The position numbers and the translations under genes were made by a program. The notes under the pieces are model-generated. The model saw nothing but the letters and a program-made list of their open reading frames with translations. It had not been told where the DNA came from and searched no databases. DNA of 41,663 nucleotides from a virus: the UHGV virus genome UHGV-0121576; one strand, 5' to 3'. Below are positions 32,598 through 41,308 of the stretch, in pieces (position 1 is the first letter of the stretch; each line of letters begins with the position of its first letter).

Positions 32598-33175
32598 TAT
32601 GCTCCAGCCTCCGGTGCTTTCGGCATTACTGCCCAATGAGTGATATTGACGTTTTCAAGATCCCCGACCTGAAATGTCCACTGCCAGTCTCCGGTTTCTT
32701 TTTGTCCCCAGGTGTACCAGAGAGAACGCCAGCCAATCAGCCAGCCTTCTCCGTTAGCATCGAATAACAAAACACTTTCATTTGCAGGTGGCAGTTCAGC
32801 TGACACTGGTGTTACTTTGTTTCCCTGTTCTACAATTCGCTTTCTTGCAGCTTCCAGCTCAATAGACAATTTTTCCAACTGCTCTTTATGCTTTTTGTAT
32901 TCCTGATATGCGTGCCAGGACTGTCCTTTGCGCACGCTTTCAGTAATATCAGCAACCTGCTCTGGAGTTAGCGTAGTCAGTTGCTGGGCTGGAAAAATCA
33001 TTACTTGTCCGGAATCCCAGTCAAAACCAGCCTGAATTGACTGAACATCAACTGATGGTGTTGAACCAATGCTACCTGGTGAATGAACAACAATCGTTAC
33101 ATTCATATCGCAACGCTGGCTGTGTTTGTTGGACAAGATACGATTCACCAACTCAGAAAATTTGGAAAATTTCAT
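32597..33175 (-). CDS. Hypothetical phage protein (192 aa, Trp-rich C-terminal domain)
   Basis: C-terminal GWLIGWRSLWYTWGQKETGDWQW; overlapping start/stop with neighbours. Confidence 0.45.
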   Translation of the reverse strand: MKFSKFSELVNRILSNKHSQRCDMNVTIVVHSPGSIGSTPSVDVQSIQAGFDWDSGQVMIFPAQQLTTLTPEQVADITESVRKGQSWHAYQEYKKHKEQLEKLSIELEAARKRIVEQGNKVTPVSAELPPANESVLLFDANGEGWLIGWRSLWYTWGQKETGDWQWTFQVGDLENVNITHWAVMPKAPEAGA

Positions 33176-33462
33176 GCGGATTCCCCTTTCTCTGCTTTCT
33201 CCTGTCGGAACATCATGATCATCAGATCACCTTTGGTTGCCACTCTGACTGTTGTGCCTGGTTCAATGCTGTTAAGTTCAAATGCGTCATAGAACGCTTC
33301 TAATGCCTTCTGGCGTAGCTCCTGTTTGCGCCGTTTTTTCCACTGTTTTAGAAAAACAGTGGCCGCCCACTTCCCTGCGCTGAACATGATGTAAAAATAA
33401 CCAAACAGGGCCAGACCAGTATTCAGAACCGTATCGACCGTCATTGTTGTGTCGATATTCAC
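33172..33462 (-). CDS. Small single-pass membrane protein
   Basis: Hydrophobic segment LALFGYFYIMFSAGKWAATVF followed by basic stretch. Confidence 0.45.
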   Translation of the reverse strand: MNIDTTMTVDTVLNTGLALFGYFYIMFSAGKWAATVFLKQWKKRRKQELRQKALEAFYDAFELNSIEPGTTVRVATKGDLMIMMFRQEKAEKGESA

Positions 33463-33881
33463 CGCACCACCTCATGAAAATTTCCCTGATAAAACGCCAG
33501 TACACGCTGCATAACTTCGCTCTTCCGACAATCGTGACAAATCATGTTCAAGCGCCTGTCGTAACGACGTATTTCTCCGTCAGGTAATGACCAGATAAGG
33601 TCTGGATCAACCACTACCGATTTCTTCGGCTTTACTCTTGATAGTTTTTTACGGGCGTTTTGCCAGTCCTTGCGTGCTTGTGCAGACAGAAATATCCCGG
33701 AGCCAGAGATATACAAATCACCACTGGCAGCAAGCTCTCTTGATAAACGACTAACAGCACACCGGCTAATACCAGTTTCATCCGCAAGTTGCCTAACCGT
33801 TCCTCGTCCATTCAGGCGCACGAGTTCCACAATTTGTTTATTCAGTTCTTCCCTCTGTTCTGGTGTAAAAGCCTTTGCCAT
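33459..33881 (-). CDS. Putative winged-helix DNA-binding protein
   Basis: N-terminal GTVRQLADETGISRCAVSRLSREL HTH-like segment. Confidence 0.5.
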   Translation of the reverse strand: MAKAFTPEQREELNKQIVELVRLNGRGTVRQLADETGISRCAVSRLSRELAASGDLYISGSGIFLSAQARKDWQNARKKLSRVKPKKSVVVDPDLIWSLPDGEIRRYDRRLNMICHDCRKSEVMQRVLAFYQGNFHEVVR

Positions 33882-34480
33882 TACGATTCTCCTTGCCCTT
33901 TTACAAGACGGGAGAAAATTGCGGATACATATTTAGCCTGATGAATAGCATCAGCCAGGGCATTGTGTCGTTCGCCATCAAATGGCATATCTTTTTTAGG
34001 ATTAAAACCAATAAACTGACCAAGATTAACGATTGTTCGAACATCCTGATCATTAAAATATTCCCACGGACAGGCTAAGCCAACGCGCTCATAAGCACCG
34101 CGTAAAATTACATTATCGAACGTTGCTCCATTTCCCCATACTTTCAACTTTTTTAAATTACATGCATGGAAAGTAATAAAGTGTGATAATTCAAAAAGTG
34201 CATCCTTAATATCAAGGGCATCATTAGTACAAATAGCGGCTCTGGCTTCCTTGCTCTGTTTCAACCACCATAAAATGGTATCACCATCGGCGATACCACC
34301 ATTCAACATCGAGCTTCTGAGATTCACTGGCACATAAAAAGTAGGACCTAATTCCTCACTTTCTGGAGAAAAAAACACTGCCCCGATAGAAACAATTGCA
34401 GCACATGTATTAGTACCCATTGTTTCAAGGTCAATCATTACATCAGACCGTTTCCTGTCGTAAATAATCTGATTAGTCAC
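33881..34480 (-). CDS. DEDD-type 3-prime to 5-prime exonuclease (DnaQ-like)
   Basis: N-terminal MIDLETMGT motif and C-terminal H...ALADA motif typical of DEDDh exonucleases. Confidence 0.65.
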   Translation of the reverse strand: MTNQIIYDRKRSDVMIDLETMGTNTCAAIVSIGAVFFSPESEELGPTFYVPVNLRSSMLNGGIADGDTILWWLKQSKEARAAICTNDALDIKDALFELSHFITFHACNLKKLKVWGNGATFDNVILRGAYERVGLACPWEYFNDQDVRTIVNLGQFIGFNPKKDMPFDGERHNALADAIHQAKYVSAIFSRLVKGQGES

Positions 34481-34503
34481 GAATAATTATCCTCAACGTT
34501 TAT

Positions 34504-34707
34504 CTATACCCAAAACTTCTGTTGATATGTTCTGGATGGTTTTGGCGCTCTTTCTGATTCAGGTAAATGAACATAAACGCAATATCCATCACCTAAAAAA
34601 TCAGAACGAACAACCAGAACTTTCTTACCACGCCGCCGATAAGTATCTGAAAGACGCTCTGCTTCATCATGCGTCATCGGCCCCTGCTTAAATGGCGTTA
34701 TTTTCAT
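34504..34707 (-). CDS. Hypothetical 67-aa protein
   Basis: Start placed at the internal Met because the upstream MRPWSH codons are the palindrome itself. Confidence 0.35.
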   Translation of the reverse strand: MKITPFKQGPMTHDEAERLSDTYRRRGKKVLVVRSDFLGDGYCVYVHLPESERAPKPSRTYQQKFWV

Positions 34708-35008
34708 TTTCTTGTGCGACCACGGTCGCACCCTCTCTGATTTCCAAGTAACGCTTAATCCAAAGATTTTCTATATGCTTATTACCTGGCTGATTTGATA
34801 AATACCAATCGGCAATTACAGACTGCTTATTACTATCTGGTCGTGTCCTGTAACCACAAGTTGGACACCAGATAACATATTCATTTCTTACCCCCGAATA
34901 CCTTAATTCTGGCTTCGACGGTTTCCTGAACATAACTTGTTTACAAAGGCAGAATGGCACTTCCTGCCCGATGGCGTTTGATGATTTCACTGCGCTTCTC
35001 CGCCGCAT
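34688..35008 (-). CDS. Small Cys-rich zinc-ribbon protein (possibly Lar-like)
   Basis: CLC and WCPTCG pairs; overlaps the end of the upstream ORF, so the start is uncertain. Confidence 0.35.
   Translation of the reverse strand: MRRRSAVKSSNAIGQEVPFCLCKQVMFRKPSKPELRYSGVRNEYVIWCPTCGYRTRPDSNKQSVIADWYLSNQPGNKHIENLWIKRYLEIREGATVVAQENENNAI
34714..34731. promoter_or_regulatory. sopC-like centromere palindrome GTGCGACCACGGTCGCAC (site 4)
   Basis: Identical to sites 1 and 2; lies between the Q-like/zinc-ribbon genes and the downstream operon. Confidence 0.6.
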
Positions 35009-35651
35009 TTAATAATGCAGTTCGATTTAAGCTCAGACATCGCGACTTAATTAAAAGCCAGCGTTCTTTATAATCTTGTCTCCAGCTATCAATAGATATA
35101 TTCAGTAGAAAACTCAGATGCCTGTCCTGTTCTCTCTCATCAACTGCCTCAGCACACGTAAGTTCTGACTTAACCTGCTGTGCCGCGTAATAAATCAATT
35201 TTCTCATGGCTTTTTTCGTGGAGGCCTTCATTTTTTTAAACCCGCCACCCGAATGCGCAACCAGAAAATCAAGCCATAACCACTGACAAACAATCACATC
35301 ATTGTTGTAGTCAGGCTTGCATCCGTAGCAATAATAAAGCCAGGCTGATTCCTCGTTATTCAACTGACCAATAGCCCTGCGCCAGCTGGCGCTCTGAAAA
35401 TCAATATCAGTGAGCAACATTGATGATTGTTTAAATGTTTTGCCCTGGTGGAATCTAACCGGCTCAGCAGGAACAGACACTTCGTATGAGTTATCATCAC
35501 CTACACTGATTGACCGGACTGGTTTATTGTTAAAGCGTCCTGATCTGCCTAGACGCATCTGCTCAAGCTGGACCTCTAGGATGCCACGCTGGCGATAATG
35601 AATATCAGCCAATGCCGTGGAGACGCAGCTGCGTATATACTCAAGCTCCAC
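34941..35651 (-). CDS. Putative late regulator (antiterminator Q-like by position only)
   Basis: 236-aa ORF immediately downstream of the Cro-like gene, as in the N15 cro-Q arrangement; no sequence motif confirmed. Confidence 0.3.
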   Translation of the reverse strand: MELEYIRSCVSTALADIHYRQRGILEVQLEQMRLGRSGRFNNKPVRSISVGDDNSYEVSVPAEPVRFHQGKTFKQSSMLLTDIDFQSASWRRAIGQLNNEESAWLYYCYGCKPDYNNDVIVCQWLWLDFLVAHSGGGFKKMKASTKKAMRKLIYYAAQQVKSELTCAEAVDEREQDRHLSFLLNISIDSWRQDYKERWLLIKSRCLSLNRTALLNAAEKRSEIIKRHRAGSAILPL

Positions 35652-35889
35652 GCTTACGGCTCTCCTTAATCGACTGCTTTACCCGCCGAGTTGTAAAGTC
35701 ACTCTTCAGCTTGTAAGCAGTACGAACTTCAATATCACTTTGCCGCAATGAAGGAATCTCTCCAGCGGTTAACCATTGGTAAACAGCACCGGGTGTTACA
35801 CCTACCCCAGCCGCTGCTTTTTCTACACTGCCAAAGTGGCGAATAAGTTCTTCTGGTTTCATGCGGTTATTATAAGCAATAAATCGCAT
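35641..35889 (-). CDS. Cro-like HTH regulator
   Basis: HTH AAGVGVTPGAVYQWLTAG; divergent from the CI-like repressor gene. Confidence 0.6.
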   Translation of the reverse strand: MRFIAYNNRMKPEELIRHFGSVEKAAAGVGVTPGAVYQWLTAGEIPSLRQSDIEVRTAYKLKSDFTTRRVKQSIKESRKRGA

Positions 35890-35931
35890 TTAAAGCCAGC
35901 TATAATAAATAAATTTTATAGCCAGCTATAA
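35890..35931. promoter_or_regulatory. Candidate operator pair in the cro / repressor divergent region
   Basis: Two 16-bp near-palindromes TTAAAGCCAGCTATAA (35890-35905) and TTATAGCCAGCTATAA (35916-35931), 26 bp centre to centre. Confidence 0.45.
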
Positions 35932-35953
35932 GAAGATCATTTATGATTAAGCT

Positions 35954-36550
35954 ATGAAAACACGAGGCGAACGACTGAAAGCACGCCGTTTAGAGATGAA
36001 GCTGACGTTGCGAGAAGTTGCTGAGGCTGTCGATATCTCTATTGCAGGCGTCCAAAACTTAGAACGTGGCGACGTAATGCCGTCACTGGAGATAGGTATT
36101 GCCCTGGCTAAATGCTTACGCAAGCCAGTGCATTGGGTGCTGTATGGGACAGAATATGACCCTGATCGCATTCCTGTTATTGGCACAACTGAAAGTGGAC
36201 CTGATGAAGAGTGGAAGCCAGGACAGGTTCCAAATACTGAGCGATTCCTGCCATTCATCAGCCAGCGCAATACTGTTTATGCGTTAACTATCAGCAATCT
36301 GGCGCAGGGAAACTATCAGCCTGGCGATTTTCTCCTGGTCGATTCTGCGCTGGAACTGGTCCCCGGAGAGGATGTTCTGGTTCGTGATACTGCAGGAAAT
36401 ATCACCATCCAGCGCCTGGCCCGTTTTGATGATGAAAATTACTATCTGGACGGAACAAATTCACAACGCGCTATCTTCAGGAAAAGCGATCTTGAATTTG
36501 TTCACCAAATAGTCGGAACGATCAAATCATTCATGGTTGAGGGTAGATGA
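35954..36550 (+). CDS. CI-like prophage repressor (HTH XRE plus LexA/S24-like C-terminal domain)
   Basis: N-terminal HTH LTLREVAEAVDISIAGVQNLERG; C-terminal PGDFLLVD...VEPGEDVLVRD aligns with the lambda CI C-terminal domain; located upstream of repA. Confidence 0.75.
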   Translation: MKTRGERLKARRLEMKLTLREVAEAVDISIAGVQNLERGDVMPSLEIGIALAKCLRKPVHWVLYGTEYDPDRIPVIGTTESGPDEEWKPGQVPNTERFLPFISQRNTVYALTISNLAQGNYQPGDFLLVDSALELVPGEDVLVRDTAGNITIQRLARFDDENYYLDGTNSQRAIFRKSDLEFVHQIVGTIKSFMVEGR

Positions 36551-36651
36551 CTTAATACGGGGTTTATTGTTTGCTGTAAATCTGGTTTAATGCAGAGCAT
36601 ATGTTCTGTGGGTTGACTCAGGTTACAGCAGCAGAAAAAAGACGAAAAAAA

Positions 36652-36680
36652 ACCCGAGTCGGCAAACTCGGGTCCTTTTC
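36652..36680. terminator. Hairpin between the repressor gene and repA, with T-tracts on both strands
   Basis: CCCGAG-loop-CTCGGG preceded by AAAAAAAA and followed by TCCTTTTC. Confidence 0.35.
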
Positions 36681-36795
36681 AGGAAGCAGCCACAGTAACG
36701 CGACGGATTCCGTCAATTCAAGATGCGTTTATTGTGGCTGCTCCTGCGGATTTTTTCAACCCGAAAAAACATAATTCGCATGGAATGGCTAAAAA

Positions 36796-39700
36796 ATGAC
36801 ATTAAACGATTTCTATGCGGATCGCTTTGGCAGCGATCCGTTCTCGCTAATTGAAGCAGCACGGGATGAACTAACCGAGCTGGCACAGATGGCTGGTATC
36901 AACTGGTCTGCCTGTTCCGACAACATCCAACTCAACCCTCGCGGGGGTGTTGAGCGTTACTCTTCATACAATAAAACATCCCCAGAAGCTCTCGAAAAGA
37001 GCCTCAAAGGACGCGTAGAAATTTACTCCCGGCTGGAACACAGCAAAGGGATTGATTACCCGTTCATTAACTTCGTCCATAAAGGCAGCGATGCTGGCTC
37101 ATGGAGCGGTTTCTCCTTCCTGTTTTCTGAATATCGCCGTGAGCAACAACGGAATAATGCGACCGTGGTCGCACAACCGGAAGAAGAACGGGCAAGAATA
37201 GAACGTCAGGCCGAAGCACGTCGTCGCCGTGAAGAACAAAAACGAATTAATGACCTGAAAAACAACCAAATGGACCATGAACGTTTGCTGGGATGGCTGG
37301 CATTCCACAGTGCTTGGGAACATGCTCCTGCAGAAGACGGCTCATGGCCATATGCGATTAAAAAAGGTATTCGTGACGTTTTTAATTCGTGTGATGTGCG
37401 TCGCGTGACCAGTCACGACAGCGCAAAATGGAGCAGGGGGCCAACCACGTATATGGCTATCCCTCTGGCTCACCTGGACGGTCGTTACGATGGTCGTATT
37501 GTTGGTTGGCAGCGAATCGACAAACAAGGTGGAAAATACCAGACCAGCGCCGTAACCAGCGGCGATTTCGTCGGTGCCTGCTTTGTTATCGGTGAGCTGA
37601 AAGGGGCGCAAAACATCGCTGTTACAGAAGGTTTTGCTACTGGTGCATCCATCTGGCTTGCCACGAAAAAAGATAAACGCTTTGACGCTGTGGTTGTCGC
37701 TGTATCCGCTAACAACATGGTTCATGTTGTGGAACAACTGGTAAACATGTACCCGGCGGCAAAAATCACCTGCGCACTGGATAATGACCGGAAATCAGCT
37801 ACAGAAGGAAAAGGGAATACCGGCCTGCGGACTGGCTATGAAATCTTATCGAAATTCAACGATGTCCGCTGCGTCTATCCAACTTTTGAAGACGATCCGC
37901 AAATGGAGTGCAGTGACTTCAACGACCTGCACAAACTACGTGGACTTCGTGAAACAGCACGTCAACTGTTTGCAACTGCAAACCGCCTGAAAACTGGCAC
38001 TGATTTGCTATCTCTGACGCTCAACCGCCTGAAGACAATTAAGCGGGATAACCGTCGTACTTTTGCCAAAGAGCTGCTGAGAGCAGTGGATATTGGCATG
38101 CTAACCTGTCCGGTTCCTAACAGTCCGTCAGACTTATTTAACATGTTCTGCATCGTCCTGCGTGAAATTGGGCTGGAAAATATCTATCGCGCTACGGTAA
38201 AAGACCACATTGCCCGTCGCCTGAATAAAAAGTGCCGTATTGCCCAGGCTCCGCGCTCATTCAGCGAACGAATAACTGATCCCAATAAACGTCCTCAACA
38301 TATCACCTATAAGCGTTTTGAAACTTCGGTAATGACCGATGACGTCCTGAAGTATGTGCAATCACTACAGGGGATAGTCATCGTTCGTGCTGGTATGGGT
38401 TCCGGCAAATCTACTGGATTGTTACGACCTTTAATGCATAGCTCAGAACGTGGTATCTCTGTTGCTCACCGTGTTTCCCTTATTGGTGGCCTGTGGGAAA
38501 TGATGACAGAAGGAAAAGGTGTAAAAGCCGATATCCTGCACTATCAGGACCCTGGCTATCAGGAAATGGCTCCATACGCCAGTAAACTGACCATCTGCAT
38601 AAACTCGATTGTTAAAAACTGCTGGCAACCATTGATGCGCCAGCACGACTATTTTGGCTTTGACGAGGCCACGCAAGGGCTACGTGCCGTTCTTTCCGGT
38701 CGGGCTATGGAAAACCCGGTGGCTGTATTCAATACGTTAATTGACGCGCTGGCCAGAACGGAACAACACCCAATAATGGTGGATGCTGATGCGAACGATC
38801 TGCTGGTTGACCTGGCTGAACTGGCTATGAAACGCCGTGAAGAACTAGGTTTACCGGCATGGCTGCAGATCCACGTAATTGAATTACCTGTTGATGTTCG
38901 CAACCGCGAAACAGGTGAGCCAATCCGGGTTTTTTATACAGAAAAAGATCGCATTATGACCGAGGTGGTGAAAGCTGTATCGAATGGCGAAAAAATCATG
39001 TTGGCCACCGACAGCTCCACCTTTGCAGAAGATGTGACCGCCACCCTGAGAATGCATTTTCCTGGTAAGAAATTTCTGTGTGTAAACCAGAAAAACAAAC
39101 CAGAGCCAGAAGTTGAAGCATTTACCAATCAACCGAAAAAGATGGTCAAAAAATACGACGGCCTGATTTATAGCCCGTCTATTTCATCCGGTGTGTCGAT
39201 TGAGCAAAAACATTTTGACCGTCATTTCGGCATGTTCTGTGGTGAAGTTGTACCCAGCGACGCAGTGCAAATGCTACGCCGCGACCGTACAGCAAAAGAA
39301 TTTATTATCGGCTTTGATAAAGCTCGCGCAAAACGTGAAACTGACCCGCAAAAAATAGAACGAGCATTCGCCCAGGCATTGCTTGCTACCGCAGGCATGA
39401 ACGGTGAACTGACGGATGTCGTTTTCGATGGCGACCGTATATCAATGGGGGTGGCCAATACCGACTTTACCAGGATGAAAATTAAAGCAGCCGCAATTGA
39501 AGCGTCTGCGCGTAACGACTACGCCAGCAACATGATCTGCATCATGCACAGCGACGGTTATAAGGTATCGCCGCTGGCCACCGATTATGCTGCGAATGAT
39601 ATCGGTAAAGATCTGCGTAAAGAAGCGCGGGATATTGTGTGGGAACAGACACTGGATCTGCATCTCAATACAGAAACTCCACAAGAATCAGAGCGTGAAG

Positions 39701-40791
39701 AACTGCTAAAAAAACGCGCGCTGACGCTTGAAGAACAAGCAAAACTTGTCCGCTGGGATATTGAGAACGAACTGAAACTACCGGTTGAAGAAGGCACGCT
39801 GAAATTCTATTTCGATGGTGCTCGAGACAAAGTTCGCCGCTATGAAACAATGCTTTTAGATGAGGTAACAGCTCGTCGTTACGACCGGGAAGAAGCAGCC
39901 ATCAATTTTACCTACGCATACCGTCAGGCGGGACAGTGGCAATATTTTGTAGTGACCGCGATGACTCGCGAGCAGGCTGATGATGTCTTTAAAACTAAAT
40001 TCCCTGGAATAATCGACTACAAGGTAAAAGCTACTCCTACTGTTGAAGTCGGGGCGCGCGGTTTCTATGCGCTTAAATCAGCAACTCTCCGGCAGTACTT
40101 TATCGACTGCGGTATCAACCCTGAGACTATGACCGGCGAGGCGACTCAGGAGCGTCTCAAATTCGCTCGAGATAACCTCATGACAGCCGAACGCCGTGAC
40201 CTGTTGAATAACGTTCTGCACATTGGTGGTTTTATGACGCCAAAAGGGAAGCCTAAAGTGCCGGAAGCGTTGTTTAAAAACATTTGCGACTCTCTTGGCC
40301 TTAAAACAGGTAAACGTCGCGGCAGAGACGGCGATAAGCGTCCAACCTTGCGTTTTGTTGAGCCTGAATCAGCGGCATTTATGCTGGATATTCTTGTTCA
40401 GCGTCAGAAAGATGGCCTAACCCTAAAAACGCGTAAAGCCGAGAAGACAGCCATCGAAATGGATCGCGATTTGGATCTCAATATATATATGGATGATAAA
40501 ACGCGATCCACAAACGAGCAGGTTCAAAACGCCCCTCATTCAGTAATTTCTGAGGCTTTGGCCGTATTGCCGGTGGCTGTTCCTGAGTCCTGGGCGATGA
40601 GTGCGCTTTCCGGTGAGGAGCTGGCCACTATGTCATCATGGTCATCAGCCAGCATAGCTATGACGTTTGCATCTCTGTATCTCACAGAGTTCATGGATCA
40701 CTTGTCCAGCAATGAATTGCGGCGGTTACGAGAATACATTACCGGGAATAGCTCATGCAGCTACGAAGAGCAGGGAGCTTTCTATGGGTAA
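36796..40791 (+). CDS. repA: RepA replication initiator, multidomain primase-helicase
   Basis: 1331 aa (N15 RepA is about 1324 aa as recalled); P-loop GMGSGKST; position downstream of the CI-like repressor. Confidence 0.85.
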   Translation: MTLNDFYADRFGSDPFSLIEAARDELTELAQMAGINWSACSDNIQLNPRGGVERYSSYNKTSPEALEKSLKGRVEIYSRLEHSKGIDYPFINFVHKGSDAGSWSGFSFLFSEYRREQQRNNATVVAQPEEERARIERQAEARRRREEQKRINDLKNNQMDHERLLGWLAFHSAWEHAPAEDGSWPYAIKKGIRDVFNSCDVRRVTSHDSAKWSRGPTTYMAIPLAHLDGRYDGRIVGWQRIDKQGGKYQTSAVTSGDFVGACFVIGELKGAQNIAVTEGFATGASIWLATKKDKRFDAVVVAVSANNMVHVVEQLVNMYPAAKITCALDNDRKSATEGKGNTGLRTGYEILSKFNDVRCVYPTFEDDPQMECSDFNDLHKLRGLRETARQLFATANRLKTGTDLLSLTLNRLKTIKRDNRRTFAKELLRAVDIGMLTCPVPNSPSDLFNMFCIVLREIGLENIYRATVKDHIARRLNKKCRIAQAPRSFSERITDPNKRPQHITYKRFETSVMTDDVLKYVQSLQGIVIVRAGMGSGKSTGLLRPLMHSSERGISVAHRVSLIGGLWEMMTEGKGVKADILHYQDPGYQEMAPYASKLTICINSIVKNCWQPLMRQHDYFGFDEATQGLRAVLSGRAMENPVAVFNTLIDALARTEQHPIMVDADANDLLVDLAELAMKRREELGLPAWLQIHVIELPVDVRNRETGEPIRVFYTEKDRIMTEVVKAVSNGEKIMLATDSSTFAEDVTATLRMHFPGKKFLCVNQKNKPEPEVEAFTNQPKKMVKKYDGLIYSPSISSGVSIEQKHFDRHFGMFCGEVVPSDAVQMLRRDRTAKEFIIGFDKARAKRETDPQKIERAFAQALLATAGMNGELTDVVFDGDRISMGVANTDFTRMKIKAAAIEASARNDYASNMICIMHSDGYKVSPLATDYAANDIGKDLRKEARDIVWEQTLDLHLNTETPQESEREELLKKRALTLEEQAKLVRWDIENELKLPVEEGTLKFYFDGARDKVRRYETMLLDEVTARRYDREEAAINFTYAYRQAGQWQYFVVTAMTREQADDVFKTKFPGIIDYKVKATPTVEVGARGFYALKSATLRQYFIDCGINPETMTGEATQERLKFARDNLMTAERRDLLNNVLHIGGFMTPKGKPKVPEALFKNICDSLGLKTGKRRGRDGDKRPTLRFVEPESAAFMLDILVQRQKDGLTLKTRKAEKTAIEMDRDLDLNIYMDDKTRSTNEQVQNAPHSVISEALAVLPVAVPESWAMSALSGEELATMSSWSSASIAMTFASLYLTEFMDHLSSNELRRLREYITGNSSCSYEEQGAFYG
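37157..37174. promoter_or_regulatory. sopC-like centromere palindrome ATGCGACCGTGGTCGCAC (site 5, inside repA)
   Basis: 17 of 18 match to site 3; 7-bp perfect arms; lies within the repA coding sequence. Confidence 0.55.
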
Positions 40792-40975
40792 TCAGTGGAT
40801 ATTATCTTTGTGTCTCTTGCTTTGTGTGTTCCAGCAATGGTTTTGGTTCATAGATCGAAAGTCTCACAAGGAAAACATGAAGGCCAGGAAGGCGATGTTT
40901 CGTGGTGAACAACTCGCGCAGACTTATCGTATGTGGAAACGCTTCTATCGTGATTTTTCGGTGAACGGGGAGTAA
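40784..40975 (+). CDS. Small hydrophobic protein translationally coupled to repA
   Basis: ATG overlaps the repA stop (TATGGGTAA); hydrophobic WILSLCLLLCVFQQWFWFI. Confidence 0.35.
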   Translation: MGNQWILSLCLLLCVFQQWFWFIDRKSHKENMKARKAMFRGEQLAQTYRMWKRFYRDFSVNGE

Positions 40976-40979
40976 AAAT

Positions 40980-41306
40980 ATGTCTACTACTGCATTTTTG
41001 GACAAACTTGATTACCGTCAGCTGCAGTTCTGCCGGGATGAATGCGATCGACGCATTAAGGCTATCCAGGAGGAAGAAAAAAAGGTCGCCTGGGCTGTAA
41101 CAGATCGTGGCCTTATCTTTGGCTGGTTCCGTACGGAGGATTACCTGAAAGCAGTGGAATTATTGGCGCGTAAGGCTGCTGAGCGTTGGGAACGAGCCGA
41201 CAAGGAAAACCCGGAGACGAAGTATGAACTGAATCTCTACATCGAGGGCAACCGTCTACCATTGTCAGAGTATAACGCTTTGTTTGCTGATGGTGAGTGG
41301 GGTTAA
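40980..41306 (+). CDS. Hypothetical 108-aa protein
   Basis: ORF only. Confidence 0.45.
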   Translation: MSTTAFLDKLDYRQLQFCRDECDRRIKAIQEEEKKVAWAVTDRGLIFGWFRTEDYLKAVELLARKAAERWERADKENPETKYELNLYIEGNRLPLSEYNALFADGEWG

Positions 41307-41308
41307 AA

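Noticed and set aside
34941-35651. Confident assignment of the 236-aa protein as antiterminator Q
   Set aside because: Only positional evidence; I could not match it to lambda Q or recall a diagnostic motif, so it is kept as a low-confidence putative call
37099-39850. Several minus-strand ORFs (60-130 aa) inside repA
   Set aside because: Antisense to a long well-supported gene; short, low-complexity, no RBS
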